A DNA stretch of 53,991 nucleotides from Candidatus Moranbacteria bacterium CG10_big_fil_rev_8_21_14_0_10_35_21. Its GTDB lineage: Bacteria; Patescibacteriota; Minisyncoccia; Moranbacterales; UBA2206. The notes beneath the pieces were generated by a model. It ran no database searches. It was given only the letters and a program-made list of their open reading frames with translations, and was not told the DNA's origin. The stretch covers positions 1 to 53,991 of the forward strand of contig PFCG01000029.1 of assembly GCA_002773095.1 (NCBI GenBank). The letters run 5' to 3'. Each line of letters opens with the position of its first letter. Position 1 is the stretch's first letter. Of this stretch, positions 1 to 10,145 are shown piece after piece. The translations under genes were made by a program, and so were the position numbers.

Positions 1-43
1 TATACCAGAAAACGTTTCCAAGCTATTGGGCTATTACGTAGTA

Positions 44-72
44 TTGACAACTAGCCTTATTTATTGTATAGT
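44..72 (+). promoter_or_regulatory. sigma70-type promoter
   Basis: TTGACA (44-49), 17-bp spacer, TATAGT (67-72). Confidence 0.6.
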
Positions 73-76
73 ATAT

Positions 77-85
77 TTATCCACA
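77..85 (+). promoter_or_regulatory. DnaA box
   Basis: Perfect TTATCCACA just downstream of the -10 element. Confidence 0.45.
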
Positions 86-181
86 TTAGCCTATTGGCAG
101 ATAGCCATTAATATGATACTATTCAACGTTGTTATTGATACGAATGTTTTTTAAAAACTTACTAAAAAGGAGTTACAAAAT

Positions 182-589
182 ATGAAACTTTTTTTTCGTC
201 TTATTGTTTTATGGCAGTATTTGTATTTTTGTCTTTGCAACCCTAATGAATACACTTATTTTTCTATTTTAAAGCGTGAGTTATGGCTTCCCATTTGGAG
301 TGGCCATGTTTCAGAAACGGTCGTAGAAATAATTTCAAGGATAGATTGTGAAAAGAATGTTGATAAGGTTGTTACATTTAAATCTATGGATCAGGAAAAT
401 AACTTTGATTATCTGAAGGTTTTTCTCAAAAGTTCAGCTAATCATATTCTGAGATGCCCCGTTTGCATCGAAAGGATTTGCATTCAGCTTAATACGCCTG
501 ATCCAATTGAAAAGTATTATCAGCGAAAACGAGGAATTGGAAAAAAAACTGAAACATCAAATGATAAAGAAGATTTAACTTTACATTAA
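182..589 (+). CDS. hypothetical protein (135 aa, CxxC motif)
   Basis: ORF with AAGGAG RBS, upstream promoter and downstream terminator; no family recognised. Confidence 0.6.
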   Translation: MKLFFRLIVLWQYLYFCLCNPNEYTYFSILKRELWLPIWSGHVSETVVEIISRIDCEKNVDKVVTFKSMDQENNFDYLKVFLKSSANHILRCPVCIERICIQLNTPDPIEKYYQRKRGIGKKTETSNDKEDLTLH

Positions 590-600
590 AAATTAAAAAT

Positions 601-637
601 AAAAGCGGTGGAACTTATCAAGTCCACCGCCTTTTTT
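601..637. terminator. bidirectional intrinsic terminator
   Basis: GCGGTGGA/TCCACCGC stem flanked by A and T runs between convergent genes. Confidence 0.7.
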
Positions 638-654
638 ATTTTCTAAAACATTTT

Positions 655-3087
655 TTACAAAACTGCAATAGCAGCTACTTTATCTCCAGTTTGCGGACGC
701 ATTACTCTCACACCTTGAGTAGCTCGTCCTAAAACCGAAATACTTTTCAGTGGAATGCGAATAATTTGTCCCTTTGACGAACTCAAAATCAAATCTCCTT
801 CAATATCATCCACATTCACGATAGCGGAACCAATCATTCTGCCGGTTTTGCTAGTAATGCTAGATGTTTTAATTCCAGAACCACCTCGATTTTGAATTTT
901 ATAAGCTTTTAGATCTGATCTTTTTCCATATCCGTTTTCCGTGATGACCAAAAGTTGATTACCTTTTTGATTTTTGAAAACCACATCCATTCCGACTACT
1001 TTGTCATCTTTTTTAAGTTTAATTCCACGCACACCTCCGGCTGTTCTTCCCATTGAGCGCACATCTTTTTCTCGGAAATGAATAGCTTGTCCACCAGAAG
1101 TCGCAATCACCACTTCGTCTTCTCCAGTAGTAGCTTCCACCCAGCGCAAAGCGTCTCCTTTTTGCAGTTTGATAGCCAGCAGTCCACTGCGACGAACATT
1201 TTCAAAATCTTCCAGTGAAGTTTTTTTGACCGTTCCCATTTCAGTCATCATCATCAGATATTTATAACTATCATCTTTATTGAAAGCGATAATCGCTGTC
1301 ACTGATTCTTCCTGACTGAGTTGAAGAAAATTAACCACTGATTGTCCTTTGGCAATTCTCGATGAAGCCGGAATTTCATAAGCCTTAGTTTGAAAAACTT
1401 TTCCGGAATTGGTGAAGAAAAGTAAATTGTCATGAGTCATCACACCCAAAACTTTTTTAATCACATCTTCTTCTTTAGTAGCGGCGCCAATCACACCTTT
1501 GCCTCCGCGTTTTTGCACACGATAAACAGCCGGATCCATTCTTTTAATGTAACCTTTTTCCGTGATAGTAATAATGGCTTCTTCATTAGGAATTAAATCT
1601 TCTTGCCTGAATTCTCCCACACCAGATTTAATAACCTTGGTTTTTCTTTCGTCTCCATATTTTTCTTTCATTTTTTGCAATTCATCTTTGACAATTCCCA
1701 AAATTTTCTTGGCGCTTTTCAAAATAGCTTCCAGTTCACTAATTAGTTTTAATTTTTCTGCTAATTCATCTTCAATTTTTTTTCTTTCCAATCCAGCTAG
1801 AGTTTGCAATCTCATTTCCAAAATCGCAGTGGTTTGTTTATCAGAAAGTTTGAATTTTTTCATTAAACTCACGTGAGCAATTTCTTTGGTAGCTGATTTT
1901 TTAATAGTGCTGATAATAGCATCAATATGATCCAAGGCTGTTTTTAGACCTTCTAAAATATGGGCCCGATCTTTAGCCTTATCCAAATCAAATTGAGTGC
2001 GACGAGTAACCACTATTTTACGATGTTCAATATAATGTTCTAGGATAGCTTTTAAATTTAAAACGGTCGGTTCAATTCCATCCACTAGCGCCAACATATT
2101 CACTCCGAAATTCTTTTGCAAATCGGTCATAGAATAAATTTTGTTCAACACTTTTTGCGGATAGGCGTCTTTTTTTAGATCAATCACAATTCTCACTCCG
2201 TCCTTATCCGATTCATCCCGAATGTCTTTGATGCCCAAAAGTTTTCCTTCTCGAACTAGGTCAGCCATTTTTTCAATCAGCACTGCTTTGTTAGTGGCAT
2301 ATGTCATTTCAGTTACAGTAATTTGAAAAGCACCAGCTTTGGTTTCCAAAATATCAGCCTTGGCTCGAGTTAGAATTTTTCCCCGCCCAGTCTTATAGGC
2401 TTCTAAAATATCCTTTTTATTATAAATAATGCCACCCGTTGGAAAGTCCGGTCCTTGAATAATATTCGCCAGTTCTTCTATGGTAGTTTCTGGATTTTCA
2501 ATTAAGGCGACAATACCCGCTACTAATTCATTAAGGTTATGAGGAGGAATATTGGTAGCCATTCCTACTGCGATTCCCATACTACCATTCAATAAAAGTT
2601 GTGGGAGATTAGCAGGAAGAACGGTTGGTTCTTGATGTTGCTCATCAAAATTAGGCACAAAATCAACCGTATTTTTTTCAATATCCAAAAGCATTTCGTC
2701 AGCAATAGACGCTAATTTAGCCTCAGTATAACGATAAGCGGCTGCTCGATCACCATCCATTGAACCAAAATTTCCCTGACCTCTAACTAGTGGATAACGC
2801 AGGGAAAAATCTTGGGCTAAGCGCACCATTGAATCATACACCGCTACATCGCCGTGTGGATGATATTTTCCTAAAACTTCTCCCACTACTGTAGCGGATT
2901 TACGAAATTTGGCACTGGATCTTAGACCGCTACTCCACATAGAATAGAGAATTCTTCGGTGAACTGGCTTCAAACCATCTCGCACATCCGGAAGCGCTCG
3001 CGAAACAATAACACTCATGGCATAATCCAAATAGGATTGTTGCACTTCTTCTACTATTTCTCTTGGCTCAATATTACCTATGTTCAT
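655..3087 (-). CDS. gyrA: DNA gyrase subunit A
   Basis: [33 protein letters not shown], catalytic RYTE; GyrA-box QKRGGKG; C-terminal pinwheel repeats. Confidence 0.98.
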   Translation of the reverse strand: MNIGNIEPREIVEEVQQSYLDYAMSVIVSRALPDVRDGLKPVHRRILYSMWSSGLRSSAKFRKSATVVGEVLGKYHPHGDVAVYDSMVRLAQDFSLRYPLVRGQGNFGSMDGDRAAAYRYTEAKLASIADEMLLDIEKNTVDFVPNFDEQHQEPTVLPANLPQLLLNGSMGIAVGMATNIPPHNLNELVAGIVALIENPETTIEELANIIQGPDFPTGGIIYNKKDILEAYKTGRGKILTRAKADILETKAGAFQITVTEMTYATNKAVLIEKMADLVREGKLLGIKDIRDESDKDGVRIVIDLKKDAYPQKVLNKIYSMTDLQKNFGVNMLALVDGIEPTVLNLKAILEHYIEHRKIVVTRRTQFDLDKAKDRAHILEGLKTALDHIDAIISTIKKSATKEIAHVSLMKKFKLSDKQTTAILEMRLQTLAGLERKKIEDELAEKLKLISELEAILKSAKKILGIVKDELQKMKEKYGDERKTKVIKSGVGEFRQEDLIPNEEAIITITEKGYIKRMDPAVYRVQKRGGKGVIGAATKEEDVIKKVLGVMTHDNLLFFTNSGKVFQTKAYEIPASSRIAKGQSVVNFLQLSQEESVTAIIAFNKDDSYKYLMMMTEMGTVKKTSLEDFENVRRSGLLAIKLQKGDALRWVEATTGEDEVVIATSGGQAIHFREKDVRSMGRTAGGVRGIKLKKDDKVVGMDVVFKNQKGNQLLVITENGYGKRSDLKAYKIQNRGGSGIKTSSITSKTGRMIGSAIVNVDDIEGDLILSSSKGQIIRIPLKSISVLGRATQGVRVMRPQTGDKVAAIAVL

Positions 3088-3117
3088 TTTTTTATTGAAA
3101 AATTTAAATAATTTTGA

Positions 3118-3393
3118 CTACTTATTTTTTTGGTTCAGCTCTTCACTTAAATTATTCCCCATATTTTTGCTGATGCTTTGAGTTATATCGTCCACTTGTT
3201 TTTGATTGCTTATTTCCATTAAGATATTGTTTTCTTCAGTTTTCTTTCTAGAATTATCTCGATCAGCTTTCAAAGAAAAAAACCAAATCAGTAACACGAA
3301 AATCATAGAAATGGTTACCAATGCCCAAACATAACGCAAACGGATGTGTTCCGGTTTTTGTCTTATTTCTTCAATTTTACTTTCAAAGTCCAT
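3118..3393 (-). CDS. small single-TM hypothetical protein
   Basis: 91 aa, KPEHIR followed by a hydrophobic helix; co-oriented between the MBL gene and gyrA. Confidence 0.7.
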   Translation of the reverse strand: MDFESKIEEIRQKPEHIRLRYVWALVTISMIFVLLIWFFSLKADRDNSRKKTEENNILMEISNQKQVDDITQSISKNMGNNLSEELNQKNK

Positions 3394-3398
3394 TATAG

Positions 3399-4064
3399 TT
3401 ACGCTTTATCGGTGGCCATCAGAAGCACTTCCATATTTTTTTCTTCAATATCTTTCTTTTTGAAATTAATTTTGGAAACTTTTTCTCGTGGGCAGTTTCC
3501 CATTTCTGAACAGAATTTTTTTTCACTTTCAATATCCAACTTTAACCCTTCGGTTTTGTAATGAATGGGTATAATAATTTTTGGTTCAATTTTTTTTACA
3601 ATTTCCACTGCTTTTTTGCCATCAATAGTAAATTTTCCCCCGACTGGAATCATCAGAATATCTACTCCATCAATTTCATCCAATTGTTTTTCGTCTAAAT
3701 CTGTTCCCAAATCTCCCAGATGACAAACTCTAATCCCTTCAGCTTCAATTGAAAAAATGGTGTTATGACCACGTTCTTTTCCTTCTTGAGCATCATGGAA
3801 TGAATCAATACCAACGATATTTACTCCCTTGGCTGAATATTCTCCTGGAATATCAAAAACTACCGGCTCTCCCTTTAGAGCTGAGGCATTATTATGATCA
3901 TGGTGATCGTGGCTAATTAAGACAATATCCGCCTGTCCTTGGGGAGGACGTAATCCGGTTTCTTTATCAAAAGGATCAAAAAAAATACCTACTTCTCCTT
4001 GACCTCTGCCTTCCGGTCGGGTAGTTATTTTAAAACAAGAATGTCCGTAATATTGTATATTCAT
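3399..4064 (-). CDS. MBL-fold metallo-hydrolase (Lactamase_B_3-like)
   Basis: GHSCF, SHDHHDH, HLGDLG, PIHY motifs. Confidence 0.9.
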   Translation of the reverse strand: MNIQYYGHSCFKITTRPEGRGQGEVGIFFDPFDKETGLRPPQGQADIVLISHDHHDHNNASALKGEPVVFDIPGEYSAKGVNIVGIDSFHDAQEGKERGHNTIFSIEAEGIRVCHLGDLGTDLDEKQLDEIDGVDILMIPVGGKFTIDGKKAVEIVKKIEPKIIIPIHYKTEGLKLDIESEKKFCSEMGNCPREKVSKINFKKKDIEEKNMEVLLMATDKA

Positions 4065-4151
4065 AAATTAAAAAGTTATGTTTTTATTGGTTTATAGAGA
4101 AATATTATCATAAAATTATTTTTCTGTCGAGCCCTTTTCAGAAAAAAAATT

Positions 4152-4180
4152 TTGACAATAATTACCTAAAACAGTATAAT
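4152..4180 (+). promoter_or_regulatory. sigma70-type promoter of the FIST-HK-RR operon
   Basis: TTGACA-17 bp-TATAAT, perfect consensus. Confidence 0.75.
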
Positions 4181-4272
4181 TAAAAATATAAATAACTCGA
4201 TTTTTAGCGGAAAAAACAATTAAAAAATTATTTTTTATAATTTTTTTTAATAATAAAAATAATAATAAAACT

Positions 4273-5451
4273 ATGTCTATACAATCAGGAGTTGGTTTTT
4301 CTTCCGATGCCGATGCAAAAAAAGCTGGTGGTGACGCTTGTCAAAAAGCGATTGAAAAATTGAAAGCACCAAAACTAATAATTGTTTTTTCGTCTGTGAG
4401 ATATGATCAAAAAGAATTGCTTGATGGAGTACGTTCGATATCTAAAGAAACGCCATTAATTGGATGCAGTGATGCGGGAGAAATTACTGGAGAAGGGCCA
4501 ACTAAGGGTGGCGTAGCAGTTATGGCTCTGAAATCAGATAGTATTGATTTTGTTATTGGAAAAGGAGGAGAAGTAGAGGGAAAAACCAAAGAAGCGGGAG
4601 CAGCTCTCGTTAGGGACATTATGTCTAGAGCTAAAGATAAAGTGAAGTGTTATATTATGCTTACAGATGTTCTAAAAGGCAATGGAGCGGAAATTGTTCG
4701 AGGATTGCAAGATGTGGCTGGAAAAGATGCTTTGATTTTTGGAGGAGCAGCGGGAGATGATTTTAAATTTAAAGAAACTTTTGTTTATTATAATGATACT
4801 GTTTTATCCTCTTCACTTGTGGGAGTTGGACTAGTGGGTGATTTTTCAATCGGATTAGGAGTAAGGCATGGATGGATTCCAATTGGTGCTCCAAAGACAG
4901 TAACCAAATCACATGGGGCGGTGGTTGAGGAGATTGATGGGAAGCCAGCAGTGAGTATTTATGAAGAATATTTTGGGAAAAAAGATGAAGATCTGCGAAA
5001 AGAGCCACTAGCCATAATGGCCATTACATATCCTCTAGGAATGACTGTTGAGGGTAGCACAGAATTTCTCATTAGAGATCCAATTTCGGTAGATGAAAAA
5101 GGAGCCATAACTTGTGCAGCAGAAATGCCAGAAGGCGCAACGGTTCGTTTAATGATTGGAAGTAAAGATGAAGCTATTATCGCCGCTAAAGATGCTGCTC
5201 AAAAAGCACTGGATCAACTTCAAGGAAAAACTCCAAAAGCTATTATATTGTTTAACTGTATCGCAAGAAGTAAATTATTTGGAGAGCATGCTAAGGACGA
5301 AATTGATGCTATTCAGTCTGTTTTAGGGAAAGAAGTGCCATTAATTGGGTTCTATACATATGGAGAGCAAGCTCCAATTGGAGGAGATCCTAATACTGCT
5401 TTTTCTTGTTTTCACAATGAAACAGCAGTTATTGTTGCTTTGGGAGAATGA
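4273..5451 (+). CDS. FIST N/C domain sensory protein
   Basis: LIGCSDAGEI, GGAAGD, HGWIP, NCIAR, GFYTYGE, FHNET motifs typical of FIST proteins. Confidence 0.9.
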   Translation: MSIQSGVGFSSDADAKKAGGDACQKAIEKLKAPKLIIVFSSVRYDQKELLDGVRSISKETPLIGCSDAGEITGEGPTKGGVAVMALKSDSIDFVIGKGGEVEGKTKEAGAALVRDIMSRAKDKVKCYIMLTDVLKGNGAEIVRGLQDVAGKDALIFGGAAGDDFKFKETFVYYNDTVLSSSLVGVGLVGDFSIGLGVRHGWIPIGAPKTVTKSHGAVVEEIDGKPAVSIYEEYFGKKDEDLRKEPLAIMAITYPLGMTVEGSTEFLIRDPISVDEKGAITCAAEMPEGATVRLMIGSKDEAIIAAKDAAQKALDQLQGKTPKAIILFNCIARSKLFGEHAKDEIDAIQSVLGKEVPLIGFYTYGEQAPIGGDPNTAFSCFHNETAVIVALGE

Positions 5452-5491
5452 AATTTTCTCGCTAATTTAAAATAGAAATTTTTTATTACAT

Positions 5492-6910
5492 ATGATTATT
5501 TTAATAAGTAGTTTACTGTCATTTATTGCAATAGGCATTCTTTATTTTTTGCATTTCTCTCATTCAACTCTTGGGGAAAATGTTATTTTCGGTGTCACGC
5601 TATTTGTTTTGGTTGTTTTACAAGCTATTAGTTTTTTGAGAAAAGAAAATAAGTTGAAAAAAGGATCTGAAAAAACGACAGAAGAGCTGGTTAGATTAGA
5701 TGACGCAGCAAAATTATTAATCAGACGCGATTGGGAATTAAATTCAGTTAACCAGAAGCTAGATACTAAAGTAGACGAATTGAAAAAAGGTGAAGAATCT
5801 CTTCGAGAGGCTTATGCTGAAATAGAGGAAGAACAATTGAAAACAGTAGCTATTCTTTCTAATTTAACAGACCCAATTATTGTTTTAGATGATCATGATT
5901 GTGTAAAGTTTTTTAATAACGCCGCTAGAGATATACTGGGCTTAAGTTTTTCTGATATAAAAACTAAAATTTCAAATAAAAATAACTTTAGCCTAGAAAA
6001 TTTCAAAAGAATTATTAAAAAAGATTTTGTTTTTAAAATTATAGAAGAATCCAAAGACAGCAAAGGAATGGAAGAAGAGATAGAATTAACAAATACTAAC
6101 CCAAATAAAACTTTTAAAGTGATTACAGAAACGGTACTTGATCAAAAAGGAGAAAACTTGGGTATGATGAAGATTTTTTATGATTTGACTAGAGAAAAAA
6201 TGGTTGATAGAATGAAATCAGAGTTTATTTCAGTTGCAGCTCATCAATTCAGAACTCCGCTTTCTGCGATTAAGTGGGTCATTCAAATGATATTGGATGA
6301 GGACGCTGGAAAATTAAACCAAGATCAGAGAAAACTTTTAGAAAAAGGATTTGAAAGTAATGAGAGAATGATAACCTTGGTTAATGATCTTCTAGATGTT
6401 TCTAGAATTGAGGAAGGACAGTTTAATTATAATTTCAGAGAGCAGTGTCTGCTGGAAATTATAAATGGAGTAGTTAACAAAATGGCAGAGGAAATTAGAT
6501 ATAGACATCTTGAAGTAAAAATAGACGCACCAAAAGGTTTACCAAAATTGCGGATAGATAAAGAAAAAATAGAAATAGCTATTCAAAATTTATTAGATAA
6601 TGCTGTAAAATATAGCCTTGAAAATGGGATAATAAACATAAAGGTTTCAATGGAAGGAGAAAACTTTGTTAAGGTTTCAATCAAGGACAATGGAGTGGGA
6701 GTCCCAAAAGAAAGTAAACATAAGTTATTCACAAAATTTTATCGAGCCACTAATGTAGTAAAATTAGAAACGGATGGGACTGGCTTAGGATTGTTTATAA
6801 CAAAAAATATTATTGAGCGACATGGCGGAAAAATATTTATTGAAAGCGAGGAAGGCAATGGCACAGAAGTTGTGTTCACACTAATGATAACTAACCCAGC
6901 TAATATTTAA
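5492..6910 (+). CDS. membrane-anchored PAS-domain sensor histidine kinase
   Basis: Two N-terminal TM helices, PAS-like region, H-box FISVAAHQFRTPL, NLLDNAVKY, DNGVG, GTGLGL. Confidence 0.93.
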   Translation: MIILISSLLSFIAIGILYFLHFSHSTLGENVIFGVTLFVLVVLQAISFLRKENKLKKGSEKTTEELVRLDDAAKLLIRRDWELNSVNQKLDTKVDELKKGEESLREAYAEIEEEQLKTVAILSNLTDPIIVLDDHDCVKFFNNAARDILGLSFSDIKTKISNKNNFSLENFKRIIKKDFVFKIIEESKDSKGMEEEIELTNTNPNKTFKVITETVLDQKGENLGMMKIFYDLTREKMVDRMKSEFISVAAHQFRTPLSAIKWVIQMILDEDAGKLNQDQRKLLEKGFESNERMITLVNDLLDVSRIEEGQFNYNFREQCLLEIINGVVNKMAEEIRYRHLEVKIDAPKGLPKLRIDKEKIEIAIQNLLDNAVKYSLENGIINIKVSMEGENFVKVSIKDNGVGVPKESKHKLFTKFYRATNVVKLETDGTGLGLFITKNIIERHGGKIFIESEEGNGTEVVFTLMITNPANI

Positions 6911-6921
6911 AAATAAAAAAG

Positions 6922-7761
6922 ATGAAAAAAATAAAAATATTAATCATTGAAGATGAACTAATTTTGGCAGAAGTTTTGGAAAAGAAATTAAAGCAAGAGG
7001 GTTATGAAATTGCAGTTGCTCATGATGGTCAGGAAGGTTTTGAAAAAATAAAAAGTTTTGTCCCTGGCCTTATTCTTTTGGACATCGTTATGCCAAAAAT
7101 GGACGGTTATGAGGTTTTGGAAAAATTACGAGAAGAAAAAATATCCATTCCTGCCATTATTATTTCTAATTCCGGCCAACCAGTAGAAATTGATCGAACT
7201 AAAAAATTGGGCGCCGTTGATCATTTGATCAAAACCCAATTTGATCCCGCCGAAGTAATTGAAAAAGTCAATAATTATATAAGCCAGATGTCTAAGGAAA
7301 TTCCCAGGGAGGCTCCTACCGAAAAACCAAAGAAAGTTTCTAATGAAACCGTAGATGCGAAAGCTAAGACCACCACTCCAGACAATGCCCTCGCCTCTAT
7401 TTTACTAGTAGAAGATGATCCGTTTTTGCGTAATATCTGTGCTAGAAAATTAGTTAAAGAAAATTTTGAAGTTCGTGAAGCTATGGACGGAGAACAGGCT
7501 CTACGTATGATTCAAAAAGCTATTCCCGATATTATTCTTCTGGATTTAATTTTGCCATCCATTGATGGTTTTGAAGTTTTAACCAAAATTCGTGCTGACA
7601 AAAACAAAGCTCTTGCGGAAACACCAGTGATTATTCTTTCTAATCTTGGTCAAGATGAAGAAATTCAAAGAGGTTTAAGTTTGGGCGCCAATAGTTTTAT
7701 GGTTAAAGCCAACTCCACCACAGGAGAAATTGTGGAAAAGGTTAAAAAGACTATTTTATAA
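6922..7761 (+). CDS. response regulator with two receiver domains and no output domain
   Basis: Two REC domains (IIEDE..LLDIVMP; LVEDD..LLDLILP) joined by a Pro/Lys/Thr-rich linker. Confidence 0.9.
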   Translation: MKKIKILIIEDELILAEVLEKKLKQEGYEIAVAHDGQEGFEKIKSFVPGLILLDIVMPKMDGYEVLEKLREEKISIPAIIISNSGQPVEIDRTKKLGAVDHLIKTQFDPAEVIEKVNNYISQMSKEIPREAPTEKPKKVSNETVDAKAKTTTPDNALASILLVEDDPFLRNICARKLVKENFEVREAMDGEQALRMIQKAIPDIILLDLILPSIDGFEVLTKIRADKNKALAETPVIILSNLGQDEEIQRGLSLGANSFMVKANSTTGEIVEKVKKTIL

Positions 7762-7768
7762 AAATAAC

Positions 7769-7797
7769 TTGCCAAATTTTTAGAAACAAGGTAGACT
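7769..7797 (+). promoter_or_regulatory. probable rpsA promoter
   Basis: TTGCCA-17 bp-TAGACT. Confidence 0.5.
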
Positions 7798-7939
7798 GCT
7801 TTTAAGGTTAATTATTAAGAAAATTAAATATCGGATGCTTTAATCCGAAATATCGAATTACTTAATAATTTCCCGCTGGGAATTTTTTTGTTTTATAATC
7901 AATAATAATTAAAAGGCTTAACTAAGCCAAAAATATACT

Positions 7940-9259
7940 ATGAGTGATAATATTTATGATAAATTAGCTGACGAGGTAGATAAAATAGATAAAAAAAGTG
8001 TTAAACAGTCAGATGATATGAATGACACTTCGGAAAAGCCATCTGTCATGGCCGCTTTGCTCTCAGAAAATCAGACTTCTCTTCCAGCAGTAGGTGATAG
8101 TATTATTGGAGAAATAATTGATATTGCTGCTAATTCAGTTTTTGTAGGTATTGATCCTTTCGGAACTGGAATTGTTTTGGGCAAGGAAATTAAAGATGGA
8201 ATGGGAACTGGAAAATTGAAAATAGGGGACAAAATTTCTGCCGTTGTGATTGACCAAGAAAATGATGAAGGTTTTATTGAACTTTCTATTCGAGAAGCTT
8301 CTTATGAGAAAGCCTGGGATAATTTGGAAGATAAGCGTGATTCTGAAGAAAAAGTATTTACTAAAGTTCTAAGCGCCAACAAAGGAGGTCTTTTAATTGA
8401 ATTGAATGGAATTTCCGGATTTTTACCAGTTTCTCAATTATCCAGCAAAAATTATCCTCGCGTAGAAGACGGAGATAAAAATAAAATATTTGCTATCTTG
8501 AAAAAACTAGTTGGGCAAGAATTGGAAGTGAGAATCTTGGATGCCGATCGAGAAACTGAAAAATTAATCGTCAGTGAAAAAGCGGCTCAAAAAGAAAAAG
8601 ATCGAGAAACAGTTTCCAGTTTAAAAATTGGAGATGTAGTAGAGGGAGAAATTAGTGGAGTAGTTGATTTCGGAGCTTTCATTAAGTTTGTGGCTCCTGG
8701 TAAAGACCCAGCTAAGGTAGCGGATGATAAAAAGCTAGAAGGCTTAGTACATATTTCCGAACTAGCTTGGCAACTAATCGAAAATCCTCGCGATGTGGTT
8801 AAGGTTGGCAGTAAAGTAAAAGCCAAAATAATTGCCATCGATGATTACAAAATTTCTCTTTCTATCCGAGCTTTGGAAAAAGACCCTTGGAGTGAAGTTG
8901 ATAAAAAATACAAAGTAGGAGACATCGTAGATGGTACTGCTCACAAAATAAATCGCTTTGGAATTTTCGTTTACTTAGATCAGGATATTCATGGTCTAGC
9001 TCATATTAGCGAAATGGCTGAAGTTTATCCTGGAAAAAATCTAGATGAGTTGGTTAAAGCCGGAGAAAAATATTTATGGAAAATTCTTTCCGTTGAACCA
9101 GCTACTCATCGTATGGGATTGGTTCTGGCTAAGAAAGGTGATAAAAGCGCGCCAGCTAAAAAAGAAAAGGCAGTGAAGGAAGAAAAAGCCACTGAGAAAA
9201 AAGCTGAAAAGAAACCCAAAAAAGTATCCAAGAAAAAAGTAGAGAAAGAAAAAGAATAA
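7940..9259 (+). CDS. rpsA: 30S ribosomal protein S1 / S1-domain RNA-binding protein (4 S1 repeats)
   Basis: NKGGLL..GFLPVSQL, DFGAFI..EGLVHISEL, GLAHISE; Lys/Glu-rich tail. Confidence 0.88.
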   Translation: MSDNIYDKLADEVDKIDKKSVKQSDDMNDTSEKPSVMAALLSENQTSLPAVGDSIIGEIIDIAANSVFVGIDPFGTGIVLGKEIKDGMGTGKLKIGDKISAVVIDQENDEGFIELSIREASYEKAWDNLEDKRDSEEKVFTKVLSANKGGLLIELNGISGFLPVSQLSSKNYPRVEDGDKNKIFAILKKLVGQELEVRILDADRETEKLIVSEKAAQKEKDRETVSSLKIGDVVEGEISGVVDFGAFIKFVAPGKDPAKVADDKKLEGLVHISELAWQLIENPRDVVKVGSKVKAKIIAIDDYKISLSIRALEKDPWSEVDKKYKVGDIVDGTAHKINRFGIFVYLDQDIHGLAHISEMAEVYPGKNLDELVKAGEKYLWKILSVEPATHRMGLVLAKKGDKSAPAKKEKAVKEEKATEKKAEKKPKKVSKKKVEKEKE

Positions 9260-9274
9260 TCACTTAGCTTATAA

Positions 9275-9305
9275 AAAATACTCCAGCGCTTTGCTGGAGT
9301 ATTTT
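9275..9305 (+). terminator. intrinsic terminator after rpsA
   Basis: AAAATACTCCAGC/GCTGGAGTATTTT hairpin. Confidence 0.7.
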
Positions 9306-9321
9306 ATTATATCCAAAAAAT

Positions 9322-9500
9322 TTCAGCCTTACGAAAGACTCAGGAACAAATTCAGCTGAAACGAGCGTTAAAAAAAACTCCTCACCAATTCAGCCATGGG
9401 CTGACTAGGAGTTTTAGCGAGTGAGGCTTTGAATTTGTCTGAGACTGAGTCCGGCTGACAGTTTTCTTTGCAACTTTCTTTTGCTACCAAAAGAAAGTTG
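9322..9500. repeat. structured intergenic element, copy 1 (candidate ncRNA or MITE-like repeat)
   Basis: Nested stems and a terminal 12-bp hairpin; homologous to 46314-46507. Confidence 0.8.
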
Positions 9501-9569
9501 AGAAGAGATTGATTAATTGCCGAATATAAGCTAAATTACATATAATAATCATAGCAAAATAAGCTCTAT

Positions 9570-10145
9570 ATGAAAAACTCTAATATTTTTATTATTTCTG
9601 GACCTTCTGGGGTTGGAGAAGATTCTATTATCAATGGTCTTACTAAATACTTTCCTATTGAAAAAATAGTCACCACTTCTACCCGTCCAATGCGCTCCAG
9701 AGAATCCCAAAGCAATCCTTACTATTTTATAGATAAGCAAGAATTTGAAACCAGAAGAGAGAAGGGGGATTTTATTGAATGGGCAGAACAATATAATGGT
9801 CAGCTGTATGGCGTAACCAAACAGGAGATTGAGCGAGTGAAATCCGTCAGCCGACGGACCGATAAAATCGGCACCTGGAAAATAGAATGGAAAGGGGTCA
9901 TTACTGCTAAAAAACTTTTTCCGGAAATTCCGGCTATTTTTATTACCATTCCAGATTTGAAAATCTTGGAAGAGCGCATCCGTCGCCGAGATAATATTAA
10001 CGAAGCCTATATTAAAGAACGTATGGCCTATACTCAAGAATGGATGAAACATGCTGATGTTTATGATTACACAGTGGTGAATGAAGAAGGAAAATTGGAT
10101 GAAGCGATTAAAAAAGTGGCAGAAATTATTAGGAAATATATTTAA
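9570..10145 (+). CDS. gmk: guanylate kinase
   Basis: SGPSGVGE P-loop variant, TTSTRPMR..E, YYF, FIEWA..YG. Confidence 0.88.
   Translation: MKNSNIFIISGPSGVGEDSIINGLTKYFPIEKIVTTSTRPMRSRESQSNPYYFIDKQEFETRREKGDFIEWAEQYNGQLYGVTKQEIERVKSVSRRTDKIGTWKIEWKGVITAKKLFPEIPAIFITIPDLKILEERIRRRDNINEAYIKERMAYTQEWMKHADVYDYTVVNEEGKLDEAIKKVAEIIRKYI

Noticed and set aside
1562-1876. Short antisense or alternate-frame ORFs in the track (e.g. 1562-1876, 9549-10052, 21979-22308, 40016-40402)
   Set aside because: They are shadows of well-supported genes and have no recognisable motifs.
655-3087. parC instead of gyrA
   Set aside because: A GyrA-box (QKRGGKG) is present.
9356-9366. Hammerhead ribozyme core in the repeated RNA element
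   Set aside because: CTGAAACGAG does not match CUGANGA, and no correctly placed GAAA/UH junction was found.
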